DNA from: Octopus bimaculoides
Taxonomy: Eukaryota
Direction: 5' to 3'
Assembly (NCBI RefSeq): GCF_001194135.2
Contig: NC_069001.1
Location: 25,006,077-25,040,614, forward strand
DNA length: 34,538 bases
Position numbers and translations under genes: made by a program
Notes under the pieces: model-generated
Told to the model about the DNA's origin: nothing
Database searches by the model: none
Seen by the model: the letters and a program-made list of their open reading frames with translations, nothing else
Shown: in pieces, positions 34,315 through 34,538 of the stretch
How the letters are laid out: each line of letters opens with the position of its first letter
Position numbering within the stretch: the stretch's first letter is position 1

Positions 34315-34538
34315 CCACCACCAACGCCAAAGGGAACCATCATCATCATTATCATCACCATCACCATCACCACTACTGCCGTCATCATCACCATCTTCAT
34401 CACCGTCATGATCACCATCATCACCATCATCACCACCACCACCATCATGATCATCATGATCATCAGAATCGTCGTCGTTGTCGTTATCATCATCTTCGTC
34501 ATCACCATCACTGCCTCCACCACCACCACCACCACCAT
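34315..34538. repeat. Degenerate (CAT)/(CAC) trinucleotide tract
   Basis: Mixed CAT/CAC/CGT triplets to the window end; explains the V/M-rich ORF. Confidence 0.95.

Overview
AT-rich, repeat-dense eukaryotic genomic DNA from a draft assembly, with N gaps at 1207-1304, 3508-3794, 6317-6326, 16791-17156, 18604-18651, 30924-30933 and 33429-33809. The SINE families resemble octopus repeats as I recall them; I could not verify this. I found no intact host gene, rRNA, true tRNA or CRISPR array, and almost all supplied ORFs are microsatellite or shadow artefacts. What can be supported is a layered transposon record. (1) A Penelope-like (GIY-YIG) retroelement at ~0.4-1.7 kb has an inverted 5' part and a nested 8-bp-TSD MITE whose removal restores the reading frame. 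It is followed by a duplicated, decayed minus-strand ORF and a type I hammerhead ribozyme at 3337-3431. (2) There are three Tc1/mariner relics and a 150-bp solo-LTR-like element. (3) Three tRNA-type SINE families are present in many copies. (4) At 28.2-32.0 kb, three restriction-like-endonuclease (RLE) non-LTR retrotransposon fragments cluster with an unclassified ~550-bp repeat that sits in (TAA)n tracts. Unexplained items include a ~215-bp-arm inverted repeat at 20.4-20.9 kb, a ~130-codon orphan ORF remnant at 32.1-32.5 kb and a TPR-like peptide remnant at 9.3-9.5 kb. All homology calls come from hand translation and remembered family motifs, not database searches.
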